From Caerostris darwini (lineage: Eukaryota), in the NCBI GenBank assembly GCA_021605075.1, contig BPLQ01015363.1:771513-835512 (forward strand): DNA of 64,000 bases, read 5' to 3'. This document shows positions 39,292 through 51,220 of the stretch, in pieces. The translations under genes and the position numbers were made by a program. How positions within the stretch are numbered: position 1 is the stretch's first letter; each line of letters starts with the position of its first letter. Under the pieces are notes generated by a model. It saw nothing but the letters and a program-made list of their open reading frames with translations, was not told the DNA's origin and did no database searches.

Positions 39292-40200
39292 GTAAGTAAG
39301 GGTTATTGCATGGTTCATTGCAAAAATAGTTGTTTAAAGGTATTAAATGAGCAAACATTGTGTTTGGATATCTAGTTTAGTTCTTGGTTTTGTGCGAATA
39401 GTTAATGAATAGTTTTTAAAAAGTTAGAAAACTCTTGGAAATAATGTGGACAAATTTAAGTGCGAAAGATTTTTGAAAATGTTTCAAAAATGTTTTATAA
39501 ATACTTAAGCTTTATTAAAGTTAAAATTCTATTTCATAATAGACACTTTAATTTGTACATTTATGTATGATATTTCAGTAAAGTAAGTAAGGGTTATTGC
39601 ATGGTTACGTGTAAAAATAATTGTTTAAATATTTTAAATGAGCAACATTATGCTTGAATATTTAATTCAGTTCTTAGTTTTGTCCCAAAAAATGAATAAT
39701 GAATAAAATTTAGAAAAAAGTTGTGAAAACGTGTAAAAATAGTTGTTTAAAGATTTTAAATGAGCAAACATTATGATTGGATATTTAATTTAGTTCTTAG
39801 TGTTGTCTGAAAAATTAATCAATAGTTTTTATATACGTGCAAAAATAGTTGCTTAAAGATTTTAAACGAATAAACATTATGCTTGGATATTTAATTTAGT
39901 TTTTAGTTTTGTCCAAAAAATTAAATAATATTTTTTAAAAAGTTAGAAAACTCAAGGAAATAATGTGAATAAATTTAAGTGGTAAGGATATTTGAAAATT
40001 TTCAAAATGTTTTAAAAATAATTAAAAAAGCAATACATTTTTTTTATAGAGAATCGCAGTATTTTTGCGTTGGAATTGAATTTCAAACAAATATTGACTT
40101 TTTAATCTAATTAAATAATTTTAATGCTTTACTAAAGTTAAAATTCTATTTAATAATAGACACTTTAATTTATAGATGAATATGAATATTTATATATGAT
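39292..40200. repeat. Complex tandem repeat: a unit of about 300 bp duplicated, with internal sub-repeats of about 110 bp
   Basis: agtaagtaagggttattgcatggtt...gtttaaag(g/a)tattaaatgagcaaacatt(g/a)tg(t/c)ttggatat...ag(c/t)tttattaaagttaaaattctatttcataatagacactttaatttgtacat recurs at 39292 and 39590. The sub-repeat gtgtaaaaatagttgtttaaagattttaaatgagcaaacattatg occurs three times between 39600 and 39900. Confidence 0.8.
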
Positions 40201-41679
40201 ATTCTATAATCAAAATAATTTATTACAAAATTTCTTATTTGTTTTTTAAATATTATTTTTAAAGCAAAATGAATAGTAGTTAGAAATTTAAATACATATC
40301 GTATTATATATGGTTTAAATCAGTTAAAATTAATTAGTAACTGACAAATAACTTATTAATTAACATATGAAGTGAAGTTTGAATTTTTTTGATGAATTTC
40401 TTTTTGAAACGTTAAATGAAAAAAATAGCCTTTTAACTTTCAAAATAATTTAAATTATGATGCAAAATATATAATATGTTTAATTAAATAAAATAATTTA
40501 GCTTTAATCAAAAAAATAATATAGTTTATAGTTTCGAATAAAAACAAGTTTTTAGCGTCAATAATTACAATTCTACAGTGATCAGAAAGTCCCAAAAATA
40601 TTTTTTCAATTTTAAAACTTTTTTATTAAAATTGGATTAACAATTAACGTTTTAAAGACATTTTACACATAACAAAAATTCCGTTTTTTCATAATTACAT
40701 GTTTACTAATATTATTTAACTAATTTGAATATATTCCATTAAATTTATTTGCATTTAATTTGTTCCAACGAAAATAAATTAGCAATTTATTTCTTATGTA
40801 TGCTTTAATTAATTTTTTGTACATAACTTTATATTTGTTTTACTGTTCAGTAAAAAAAATATATAATTTTTTTTGTATTTTAAATTAGTGTTGTAAAGAT
40901 TTAAGAAAAACATATGAAAATAAAAATAATTCTTATTTTTCGAATTAATATTTTTTAGTAATAAAAATTAATTTTAATATTTCGATTTTATTTTAATTAC
41001 ATGTTTAAGCTCATAGTTTAGAAATAGCAATGAGAGAAAACGTGAGTTTTATGTCCAATATTCCTAATAATTTCAGTTGAGAATCTTTTTCTCACCAACA
41101 GTTTTCAAAAAAGAAATTGTTTTAGAGTGCTTACAAATTTAAAGAAGATTTTAAATTATGATTATTCTAATAATTAAGATAATTTTTATGTGTTGAGTCG
41201 TTTTTAGGTAACCTAATTTTATTTTTTTTTACTGGGAATTTTTATTAAAGAATTACAAATACATTATAATATCAGTTAACTTGGTTATATTTTATGTCCC
41301 AGTTCAAATTTAAAAAAATTTTGAAGATTGTTTAAATAATTTATTTTCTAATTATAATATCTTTCTGCAGTCGTCAGTATTTCGCTTAAAAGTATAAAAG
41401 AATAATTCATTTTTATTTTTTCAAGGTTCAATAGAAAGAAAATTACAAAATTATAAGGTAACTTTTTATTTCAAATTAAATTTAATTAGATCAATGTTCT
41501 TTATTTTAAGAACCCTGAATCATTTACCCTATTTTAATTTTCTTCAACATTTTGATTATTGAATTTATATTTATATAAAATAAACTTATTCTAAATTAAT
41601 ACATTAGATTTTTATAGTATAAAACGCGTAAGAGATTTAATGGAAAGCATTTTACTTAACTGACTGAAAAGAAGAATGA

Positions 41680-42537
41680 TTTTTTCATAAATAAATTTGA
41701 AAACTTGGTTAACATAAGTTCCGTGTTTGATTATGTCATTTTAAAACATATGTTACCACTTTATTATTTCTAACAAATACCCAACATAACTTGTCACACA
41801 TAAGAAGTAAAACCCGAATTAAGGAAAAAACAGTACAATTCCTGGGTTTAAAATTGTAAATATCTGCATACACAAAAAATATACAATACACACCCAGAAA
41901 AGGTTTATCAAAAACTAATAAAACTAGAAGTATTTCTAACAATTAAATTTATTTTCATATTTCTTTGAATTTTTAAAAGAAAGTATTTATCTTCTTAAAT
42001 TTAATATATTCTCTTTTCATCAGATAGATGGCCTACGTCTAAAATTATTTATTAAGCATTTATAAAATTAATTTATATTTTATAAATCATTTAACATTGT
42101 ATCATTTAATTTCAGTTTGTTATATTTTGTTTACTGGCTTTATTTGTTGCCATTTAACAGTACACAAATTATTATGTTTTAAATACGATTATGTATTACG
42201 TAATATTATATTTAAAACGTAGTTTTAAATATTATTTCGTTTTAAATATAATATTACGTAATACATATATTATTACATGTATAATAATATATGTATTACA
42301 TTTTATATATTCACTGCGTACGTAAATGAAAATTGTTTTCTTAAGAATTGTTAATTTAGAGTATTTTCTGTAAATACATTTATTATGTGATGCAATTTGC
42401 TGTTTTGTACTTTAATAAGACAACACATAAATATATATGATATTATTATTAATTCATTGTTAGTTTATGGGATGCATAATCAAACACGGAATTTACGTTA
42501 ACCAAGTTTAGATTTTCAAATTTATTTATAAAAATAT
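41680..42537. mobile_element. Foldback or MITE-like non-autonomous element with imperfect terminal inverted repeats of about 55-60 bp and a central 29-bp perfect palindrome
   Basis: The left end, ttttttcataaataaatttgaaaacttggttaacataagttccgtgtttgattatg at 41682-41737, is the reverse complement of the right end, cataatcaaacacggaatttacgttaaccaagttt(agat)tttcaaatttatttataaaaa at 42472-42535. In the centre, atgtattacgtaatattatatttaaaacg at 42191-42219 is perfectly inverted at 42238-42266 across an 18-bp spacer. Confidence 0.65.
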
Positions 42538-43140
42538 AATTATTCTTTACAGTCAGCCAATTAAAACTTTCGAAATCAATTTATGCTACAGAATGGTTTA
42601 TATCATAAATATATTTTACTTTTTTAATGAAATTTTTATACATAACTATTTTTTGTGCTGTATAAAATGTAGTAATAAGTAATACTGGTATATAAAAATA
42701 TATAATTTAGTAACATGTAGTATGTTACTCTTATTAAAGATTTCTGGTAAAGGCTTAAGACACCCACGGTTAAAAGCTTTGGTAAACAATTACTTGTCAT
42801 AATATTCCAGACTTATCTATGATCATCAATTAATCAACAAAGATTTCAAGTATACAAAAGCGCCATTTATACTTTAGTATCGTTAATTAATGTCCAATGA
42901 ATCATTTTGGTCATCTTCATTCGAGATGTCGGTGAAAGACATCACTTCATATTAGGTAGATATGATTACACTAGATTGTGGATAGTAAATATATCAAGAA
43001 AAATTCAAAAATATGCTTAAAGCTAAAAAATTATAAAAAGACTAAATTACTTTAACGAATACAATGTTTTTATCAATTCTATAAAAACTAAAAATACTTT
43101 TAATGAGTTATATTAAAATATATAAAACTGCTCATCTGCA

Positions 43141-43268
43141 GCATATCTTTAAGCTACACGTGCCTTCTGGGTAGTGCTAAATGAGTAACAGGGTGCAGCC
43201 CTTGCTTATGCCATAAAGATTAACTGTCTCTGTATTGCAGCTGCATTAGAAGAATAACAACATATAAA
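43141..43268 (+). mobile_element. tRNA-derived SINE, copy b (5'-truncated; body and 3' module A only)
   Basis: gcatatctttaagctacacgtgccttctgggtagtgctaaatgagtaacagggtgcagcccttgcttatgccataaagattaactgtctctgtattgcagctgcattagaagaataacaaca aligns to 53305-53430 of full-length copy f. Confidence 0.8.
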
Positions 43269-43765
43269 ACTGCATAAGTTATTCTCAAATAAACTGAATT
43301 TAACAATATATCATGGTTTTGTTGATCGTTTGGAGAAGAATATAAAAGAATTTCATCAAATTAAATTTATAATAATTAATTTACTCCATTAAACTTTATC
43401 TTTTTTCTGTCCCTATCAATTAATTGTCTTACCTCTTAGGTTATTGAATGCCATGAAATCCTTTTATACAGTGCTCCGTCGTGATACACGTCTTATTAAA
43501 GTTAATTATATTTCAATATTAGTTACTTTAGAAATTAAAATATTTAAAATACCCTTTGTTAATAAATACTTAATTATTTTATTAAAAAGTTTATTATTGT
43601 TTTTTGTCCACATCAAATTGAATAAGAAGAGTTTTTCTTAATCTCTTGCTGAAAAAGTACGATGTTTTTAACAAGTATTCAGAAATAATCTATTTTATTT
43701 TTTCAGAATACTTGGAGTGAAGCTTTCCTTTCTTTGAAGCTTATTAGTATATCTTCATCGAAATA

Positions 43766-44083
43766 ATGGTTTCTCCTCTCCTGATCTTCGTTCTTTTTGC
43801 TGTGGCAGTTCAATCTTCACCGACTAGCTATCAGCCCTTTAATGCAATTAAGCAAATTTCTGACATAGGAAACAATCTGGATCCCCTCCTTGAAACGGCT
43901 AACCGAAAAGCCTTGCAGAACAATAAGATACTTGATTGCGATATGGAAGAAATCTTGAAGACAGTGGGTTTGAATGAATTACAGAATCTCATTGAAGCTG
44001 TAGCATCTAGAAAAGGAACCAATCCATTTGCAATAATGAAGATGCTTTACAAAAGGATGAAAAGCCACGAAGAAATTGAAGAA
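43766..44083 (+). CDS. Exon 1 (ATG exon) of a candidate secreted-protein gene: signal peptide plus 106 aa
   Basis: ATG in the context cgaaataATGg. The N-terminus MVSPLLIFVLFAVAVQSSPTS is hydrophobic and signal-peptide-like. The exon ends ...HEEIEE at a GAAGAA|GTAAGA donor (GT at 44084-85), phase 0. An upstream polypyrimidine tract and CAG acceptor at 43705-06 suggests a further 5' UTR exon. Confidence 0.55.
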
Positions 44084-45789
44084 GTAAGAATTATTTTCAT
44101 TTGATTTAAAATAACTTAAGAAATGTATCTTCCTATTCTTATACTAAGCAAATAAAGACCAATTTTAAGATTATAAAAAAATTTCTTGGAACATACCTAA
44201 CGGACTTGTTTATTTTTGTCTGAAATTGTAATTTTAGTGGAGCAAAACATGGGAAGGATTTTTTAAAGTATTTTATTCGTAGTATTTATTTAGATAATAG
44301 AAAAAAAAAGTATAGAAAAATGTTAGATAGTTTTTTTAGTAACCCCAAGGAAAATTTTTAATTTACAAAACTCTTAAGTATATCTTGATTTTCAAACTTT
44401 TTAATGTTATTTGCTATACTTTTTCTGATTTTGTAATGGTTATAATATAGTTTTGTAATTGTTATAATTGAGTTACTGAAAATATTTATAATTATAAATT
44501 ATGAATACTTTTAATTCATATTTTTGAAAGTTGGCATGTTAAACAATAAGGGTTTCTAAAAAATTTTATAATGAATTTTCAATATTTATCCTTATGAAAT
44601 TTTTTAATCTTCTTAAAAATCACAAGAAATTCCATAAAAATATTCCATCAGTATAATGTTTAAGTAGTAATATTTTATGAATTTGATATGGAACCATATT
44701 ATCATAAATCAGTTTGTAAGAAAATTTCTAAAAGGAATATAAATTTATAGAGATATATTTTCTGATTCAAATTTAAGTAAAACATAAAACAATAAACATT
44801 TTATTAATATATGCTATCACTAGAAAACTTGTTTGAAAAAAATAATGCCATAGCTATGCAGAGTTTTCAATTAGATGGGGACTAAAATGTTTTTTAAAAA
44901 ATAACTGAAAATTAAAATTTTATTTAATATTACTACTACTAGAAAGTATTAGATATAGATCAAAATAATTAAAAAGAAAAATATATAATTTAAAAATTTA
45001 AATAATTTAAATTAGAATACAATGACTTATTACTTACTTATGATGAATACAATGTCTAAATTTTTATTAAAGTAAATAAGGAAGAAAGTGAAACACCTAA
45101 ATATAAATTTACGAAGGAATGTTATAAACACCCAATAAATATCTTTGAATTTGAAAAATATATTTTCCTACGAATAAAAAGCAATATTTGAAAACTGAAC
45201 AAAAACTTGTAAACAAGTTGTTTCTATTTTTCAGCGGTTTTTTATTTTACAGAATAGTTGTATATACTTTGTTGATTGCAGTGAATAAAATGAAGAAAAA
45301 GTTTGTTTACCCTCTGAGTGAAAATAATGTTAAAATACCGCATGCTGGGTAAATTGCTTTTTTTTTTTCTTCTTTTTACTAAATGCATCTAAACACGGCA
45401 TAACTTTTAAATAAAATACAAAAATCGATACATTTGCTAAAAAAATTCACATTCCTTTTAACACTCAAATCAACCCAATTAATTTGGGCAATTAATTTTT
45501 TCCCATCTTTTCAGTAATTCCGTACTCATTGTATTTTGATTTTAAATTTAAATTTATTCTTTGACTATTTTGTAAACATCAGGTAAGTTCAGAGTTTGTT
45601 ATTTTTAGAGAATTATTTTATGAATATGATTTTTAAAAATCCCATTTAATAAATTTAAATAATTCGTTTGTTCATTCAAGTTGAAGATGATTAAATTTAA
45701 ATTATAAAATAAAAATATTTATTGAAATTAACAATTTATTAGTCATGAGAAATAGATGGAATTGATATGTTGAAACAATTATAAAAAAA

Positions 45790-46190
45790 AATAAAGATTA
45801 GAAAAATAAATCTATTTTAAAAATAAAATAAAAATAATTTTTTAAAATGTCTAAAAAAAAAAAAATAAAAATAATTTTAAATTTAAAAAATAAATTAAAT
45901 AAATATTTTAAAATAAAATAAAAATAATTTTAAAAAGTAAGTTTAAAAATAAATAAAATAATTTTTAAATAAAACAAAATAAATTTGAAATAAAAAAAGT
46001 TTAAAAAATAAATGAAATTAATTTTAAAATGAAATAAAATAAGTTTAAAAAATAAATAAATAAATAAAATTAATTTTAAAATAAAATAATATAAAAATAA
46101 TGTTAAAATGAGGTAATAAGTTTAAAACATAAAAATAAATAAAATTAATTTTAAAATGAAATAAAAATAATTTATGAAGGAATACATGTA
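45790..46190. repeat. AT-rich minisatellite in intron 1, (aaaataaaataaaaataatttt)n, units of about 22-35 bp
   Basis: Serial copies of ttaaaa(a)taaaataaaaataatttt and variants are visible directly. Confidence 0.85.
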
Positions 46191-46736
46191 TTTTAATAGC
46201 ATCAATTAAACTTCCTTTGCCTTTAATTAATATATCTTACCTTCTCTAATTTAAAATATGGTTAAAATTAAAGAAGTGAAAAAACGTGATATGAAAATAA
46301 TTTTAAACAAATTATAACTGGTTGAAATAAGCTAAAATCAATACATCTCAGGGTAATGAACTCATGCATTAAATACGAAAACGAATTATTTGGGAAGAAA
46401 ATAAATTATTTGGGAAGAAAATGAATGTCTAATACGTCAACAACGAATATACAACAATTTTGCAACAATTCCTTAAATTAAATTGGTTTAATTAATACAA
46501 AAAATCTATGTAATTTAATCTTAAGTCTTCATTTTTTAAAAACATCGTTAAATTGATCTTATTTTAAAGATAATCTAATTGAAGAGACGATTAAAAGAGG
46601 TTGGTACGAATTTCTTTATCACTTTTTACCCCTTACATTCTTAACGATATTTAAAATAATTTTTTTCATCTTTCCTTACAGAATTTAATGATTTCTCTTG
46701 ACGGTATTCCTCTTCCTGATCTTTCGAGCTCACCAG

Positions 46737-47033
46737 TTATCGAGACCCCTCCTCAAGCAAAAATCCCCCCCGGCTGTCGGCCACACCCCCTATTCCTTAC
46801 CCTCAAACGATCCGATGAGTACTAATGACGAAGAAGACACCAAAGTCGTTATCATCCCAGTTGCTCCCGAAGCTCCAACACAAAATAGATTCCCGCCAGC
46901 GGTTGTGCCAGATATAAAAATAAAGAACGAAGCACCTTTTATAATTGGACCACCTGTAGCAAAGATGAACCATGTGTTACCAGTTTTTCCTGTATTGTCT
47001 CCAATGAAAAGCAACCATTTAAGACCTCCTCCA
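46737..47033 (+). CDS. Exon 2 of the candidate gene: 99 codons, proline-rich (LSRPLLKQKSPPAVGHTPYSLPSNDPMSTNDEEDTKVVIIPVAPEAPTQNRFPPAVVPDIK...HLRPPP)
   Basis: Acceptor ttcctcttcctgatctttcgagctcaccag|tta. The exon is open in frame for 297 bp in DNA that is about 70% A+T, and it is locally GC-enriched. Donor CCA|GTAAGT has its GT at 47034-35. The exon is phase 0 at both ends. The exact acceptor is uncertain; an alternative AG lies at 46680-81, but an in-frame stop follows it. Confidence 0.5.
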
Positions 47034-48042
47034 GTAAGTATTATTGATTTATCCATAATTATAAAATTTATTATCATTAAGATGCTAAACTAGGGTTTTA
47101 AATGAAAATTGCTAAAACCTATTATTACAATCTGTATGACGGTCAGTAATTTGCGGTTTACCCTTAGCTGTGGTTTATAATTACCAATATTAAACTCGAC
47201 AGAGATGAAATTGGTAACTTTGATAAATAATGCTATCATTTATATACTTAACTAGTGTTAAATACTTAAAAAAAATTGCTGTTTTTATTTAAGTAAATTA
47301 TTGTTTTTTATATCTTTTTTACATTCTAATGCTCATTGTATTTGTTACTTCTTAAAAATTTGTATCTGTTAAGGCTCAGATACTCGAAATATTTTAATTA
47401 ATTAATATTTTAGATAATTTATTAATAGAAATTACCTTATTTTTCATTATATTTGAAATTTATATTGCTAGTGGTCATTTTGACTTGATGTTATAACAGA
47501 CCTACTTGGTGCTTCTTTATTAAAAACCCCAACTGTATTTTAAACAAAATATTGTATAGTATCAGATAATTTATATAGGGATATATTTATACAAATATGA
47601 CAGTAGGTTGTAATAAAAATAATTTAATTTAAAATGTTTAAATTTTAATATAAATACATGCGATATTATAAATTTTAAATTATTTGTTTGCTTCGCCGTT
47701 GATTGTTGTTCGATTAAGCATCGTAAATTACTAATAAAAATATTTATAAAAAGTGTTGGTACATATTTTACTCTAATCAAAAATTACTGGCTGGATTAAA
47801 GATACATTTTGAGTAAGGGAAAATATTACTATAATTAATGTTACTACTGTCCATAATAGTTGCAAGTTTAACAATATATGTATGCATGTATATATATATA
47901 TATATATAAAGAGGCTTTAAGTTTTAATGATGAGTAGAAATTATTATTATAACACACTGGAAATTAAATTTATCGCATATTTTATGTCAGATTTCTAAAT
48001 TATAAGATATTCATTTTTCCTATTTATCTTTTTTTTTTTTAG

Positions 48043-48315
48043 CTTGGAGCAACTGTTCGAATCAATTCTGGTGATGCCCGAAACCCAGTTAACCGCGACA
48101 TCAGTGTTACAGTGTCTCCTTTGATGACCATCATAGAAGCTTTACGCCAAGCTGAAATCAAATATCAAAACGTTCTCGGTCTTCATCATGATATGGATGT
48201 TATTACTTTCACCCACTCATTAGCTATTGATTGTTACATAGTTAACCGCATCAACGATGTAGTCAAAAGTGATGACTCGGGTTGGAAAATCACCATCATG
48301 GATCGTGATGGTCAA
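48043..48315 (+). CDS. Exon 3 of the candidate gene: 91 codons (LGATVRINSGDARNPVNRDISVTVSPLMTIIEALRQAEIKYQNVLGLHHDMDVITFTHSLAIDCYIVNRINDVVKSDDSGWKITIMDRDGQ)
   Basis: Acceptor tcttttttttttttag|ctt (AG at 48041-42). The frame is open across the whole exon. Donor CAA|GTAAGT has its GT at 48316-17. Phase 0 at both ends, consistent with exon 2. Confidence 0.55.
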
Positions 48316-49054
48316 GTAAGTTAATTTTTAACTGTCTTAAGTTTCTTAACAATAAGTTGTTTTAATATGCTCTAGCAGTGGTTCTCAAATTATGGGAAAC
48401 GACGTATCTTTTACAGATAAAAGTCTTAAATAAGAGAAGGATCAACAAAATTAATATGAAAAAAAAATTGGTGTATATAAACTTCAATTATTATGCAATT
48501 ACTAATAATTAAACTCTGATTGATAGTAAATTAAAGTTATTAAAAACTCTTATTTTTTAACAACAATGTATTTATGCGAGAATGGCTTTTTTCTTATTTT
48601 TCTGCTATTATACCGAAAATCAAAACAATGCGTTTCTTAAAAGTCTATTAATAACTTTGTGATTATGCACCAGACTGAAAAACCCACTTACTTAATTTTA
48701 AAGCAATCTACCCACTACTTTAATGACTGATGACAACAAATTATTATTAATGGCAGCAAATTATTATTATTAACTGGTTAATTATTTTTTGCAGTAAGAA
48801 AACAATTAATAGCTGTTAGGTTTCGCTATATTTTAGTACAATTGAGTAATTGGAACTAATAAGAACAATTTGATATTTTAATTATTTAATTATTCATGCA
48901 TTTCTAATGCAAAAACGTTGAATATAAAATTTTATTGTTACTATTATATTTAATACGAGGGAAGTTATATCTGCCTAAAGGCAGCACTATGGTAATTTGT
49001 TTGAGTACAGTTGTATTGCGCTACCTACCCTAGCCAATTTCGATCATTTGATTC

Positions 49055-49300
49055 CGAGAATGATGCTAATACTGAGCTCTGGTACTCAATAATGATGAAT
49101 GGTAGGCTATTTGAGTGATTTTTGTGTAATAAAATGCTTTTCGGAATGATGCTAATACTAAGCACCGATGCACGGTAATGATGAATGTTATTGTATTCCA
49201 GCGATTTTCGTTTCAACAAATGCTTCTCAGAATTATGCTAGTTCTAAGTTCGGATGCATGATAATGGTGAATAGTGTGATAATGATAATGGTGAATAGTA
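49055..49300. repeat. Tandem repeat with a unit of about 75 bp in about 3 copies, located 400 bp upstream of the 5S gene
   Basis: ttccgagaatgatgctaatactgagctctggtactcaataatgatgaatgg..., then ttcggaatgatgctaatactaagcaccgatgcacggtaatgatgaatg..., then tcagaattatgctagttctaagttcggatgcatgataatggtgaatag. Confidence 0.75.
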
Positions 49301-49695
49301 ATAAGTGTGAAATCTATTTCACAAATTATTTTATTCATGGAAGCATTTAGAAAGGTATTAAAATCGGGTCATTTTTTAAAAATTTAATCATCCGTATGAT
49401 TGGAATCGCATCCAAGTTGAAAATTCCGTTGTCCAGTAGCCAGTTAGCGAACTCAATAGAATCTTGATCCGGAGAGTATTTTGCGTTAAGATTTAAAATA
49501 TATAAATATGGATCGCAACCACCCCACTTTTAAGATAAAATTCGCAAAAGATTTCTCTGGGTTTCACTTGATGAAATGAAATCCATTGGCTTCACCTTTT
49601 CAATTGCTGGGCAAACGTGAGCAGCAAAGGGAGAAAAAATAATGTTGGAAAAATTCTCGTCAGTAAAGTTGTATATATATATAAAATATAAAGAC

Positions 49696-49814
49696 TCCAA
49701 CGGCCGTACCATGCTGAATATACCGGTTCTCGTTAGATCACCGAAGTTAAGCATCATTGGGCGCGGTCAGTACTTGGGTGGGTGACCACCTGGGAACACT
49801 GCGTGCCGTTGGCA
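49696..49814 (+). rRNA. 5S ribosomal RNA gene or orphon, about 119 nt
   Basis: tccaacggccgtaccatgctgaatataccggttctcgttagatcaccgaagttaagcatcattgggcgcggtcagtacttgggtgggtgaccacctgggaacactgcgtgccgttggc matches the eukaryotic 5S consensus throughout. Helix I pairs ccaacggc with gccgttgg. Box A is AGTTAAGC, the intermediate element is GGTCAGTAC and box C is TGGGTGGGTGACCACCTGGG. An upstream AT-rich TATA-like tract (tatatatataaaatataa) lies at about -30 to -10, as required by insect 5S promoters. No oligo-T terminator follows the gene; instead there is aaattt and then a SINE. Confidence 0.8.
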
Positions 49815-49819
49815 AATTT

Positions 49820-50102
49820 GGGACCTGAATGGCCGAGTGTCTAGCGCTCTGGCGCTCGGTGCCACAGGTTTCGGGTTCGAATCCCGGCGGTGCCATGGAT
49901 GTTGTAGTGGTTCGGAATCCACTTTAAGCCGTAGGTCCCGGTCTTCTATGACTGTAAGAGCGTCACGGAGCAAAAGTCAGGCTTCTACCTACGGGGTGCT
50001 CCATCACAACAGAAGCTGCTTCCTTCCCCTTCAATCATGAGTCCATATGGGCTCGTGGGCTTGGCCAGCCAAGTGGGATAAGAAACAACAAACAACAACA
50101 AA
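49820..50102 (+). mobile_element. tRNA-derived SINE, copy d (tRNA-like head, conserved core, 3' module B, ending in a (CAA)n-like tail)
   Basis: gggacctgaatggccgagtgtctagcgctctggcgctcggtgccacaggtttcgggttcgaatcccggcggtgccatggatgttgtagtggttcggaatccactttaagccgtaggtcccggtct...aacaacaaacaacaacaaa. The head and core match copies c, f and i. The 3' body differs from module A of copies c and f. Track ORFs 49767..49973 and 49837..50040 lie within this GC-rich element and are rejected. Confidence 0.8.
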
Positions 50103-50363
50103 TATAGAGACACTTGAAAATGCATTATTGAGAATAATAAAATTTTATGTTAAATTTAAGTAAGGATGTTGTCAATAATTTCGACAATATTAAGTAAATT
50201 GTTTTTCAGCAGTTATAGCTTCTTAGACTTATTTTTCCAATTTAAATTAGGGAATTTTCACTCTTAACCTCAGTCTTTTATAAGGGATGTTTATATCCTA
50301 GGAATTAAATAAGTTATTGTTTCAATGAATGTCTAAAATGTATTTGTGAATTTTTATTATAAC

Positions 50364-50416
50364 AGCAAATTAAATATATATATATATATATATATAGATA
50401 TTTAATTTGCTGTTAT
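50364..50416. repeat. (TA)n microsatellite embedded in a perfect hairpin of about 16 bp per arm
   Basis: acagcaaattaaatat(atatatatatatatag)atatttaatttgctgt. Confidence 0.7.
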
Positions 50417-51220
50417 GTTCTCTTGAAAATGAATTTTATCTCCTAGTAAAGAATTAACTATCAAAAATAATTTCGATTTAAGTTCAAGTTAATTTTAAAT
50501 AAACGATTTGCTAACTTTTTAGAAAAAATAAATTGATTATAATATTTTCTTAATATTAACTTAGAAAATAGTAGGCTAATTAAAAGTTTTTTAATTATTA
50601 TAATAGTGGTCAATATAACTCATAAAATTAAAATATAATAGCCCGTATTTTTTAATGAAACTATGAAGATAAATTTAAATGGCTTCGAATTATTTTAACT
50701 CAATTTTTGTCAATGGATCCTTGGTCTTTTTTATCAATGGTTCTTTTTAGTTAATTCAAAAATAAAAATTAATTAATTAATTAAAAAAATTGAAATTGAT
50801 ATTTTGAAAGCGTAAAACAACTCATTTTTCGCATCAATATTTTAATTATTTTTTTGTCAACAATAAAAAACAACTATATACCGTAATTGGAGTAAAGTTT
50901 TTTTTAAATACGCCTTTTATTTAGGATATAATAAATCTCTTTTGATAAAAGGAAGGCTATAAAGAAAAAAAATAACAATTTACAACTAATAATAATGCTA
51001 CCATAAATCCGATTTCTTTTTTTGTCAATTAACCATTTAAAAGAAAGAAAATTATTCACATGGTGTAGTCGATTTCAAAATACAGAAAGATTTCATTCGC
51101 AAAAAACTGTAACTATGCTTGTACGGAAGTATGACAATTTCATAGGTGCAGAAATAATGTCAATAGGTGCAAAGGTGCACTATTCCAATTTTAGACTACA
51201 ATTACTCATTTTCATTTAAT

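Noticed and set aside
43831-44022. Minus-strand ORF of 63 aa inside exon 1 of the candidate gene, and minus-strand ORF 46790..47077 inside exon 2
   Set aside because: They are antisense to the better-supported sense-strand exons. They are open by chance in the GC-enriched coding sequence.
49767-50040. ORFs 49767..49973 (-) and 49837..50040 (+), GC-rich with a bacterial-looking codon composition
   Set aside because: They lie inside SINE copy d. They are open only because the element is GC-rich, and the same sequence in other copies carries stops or indels.
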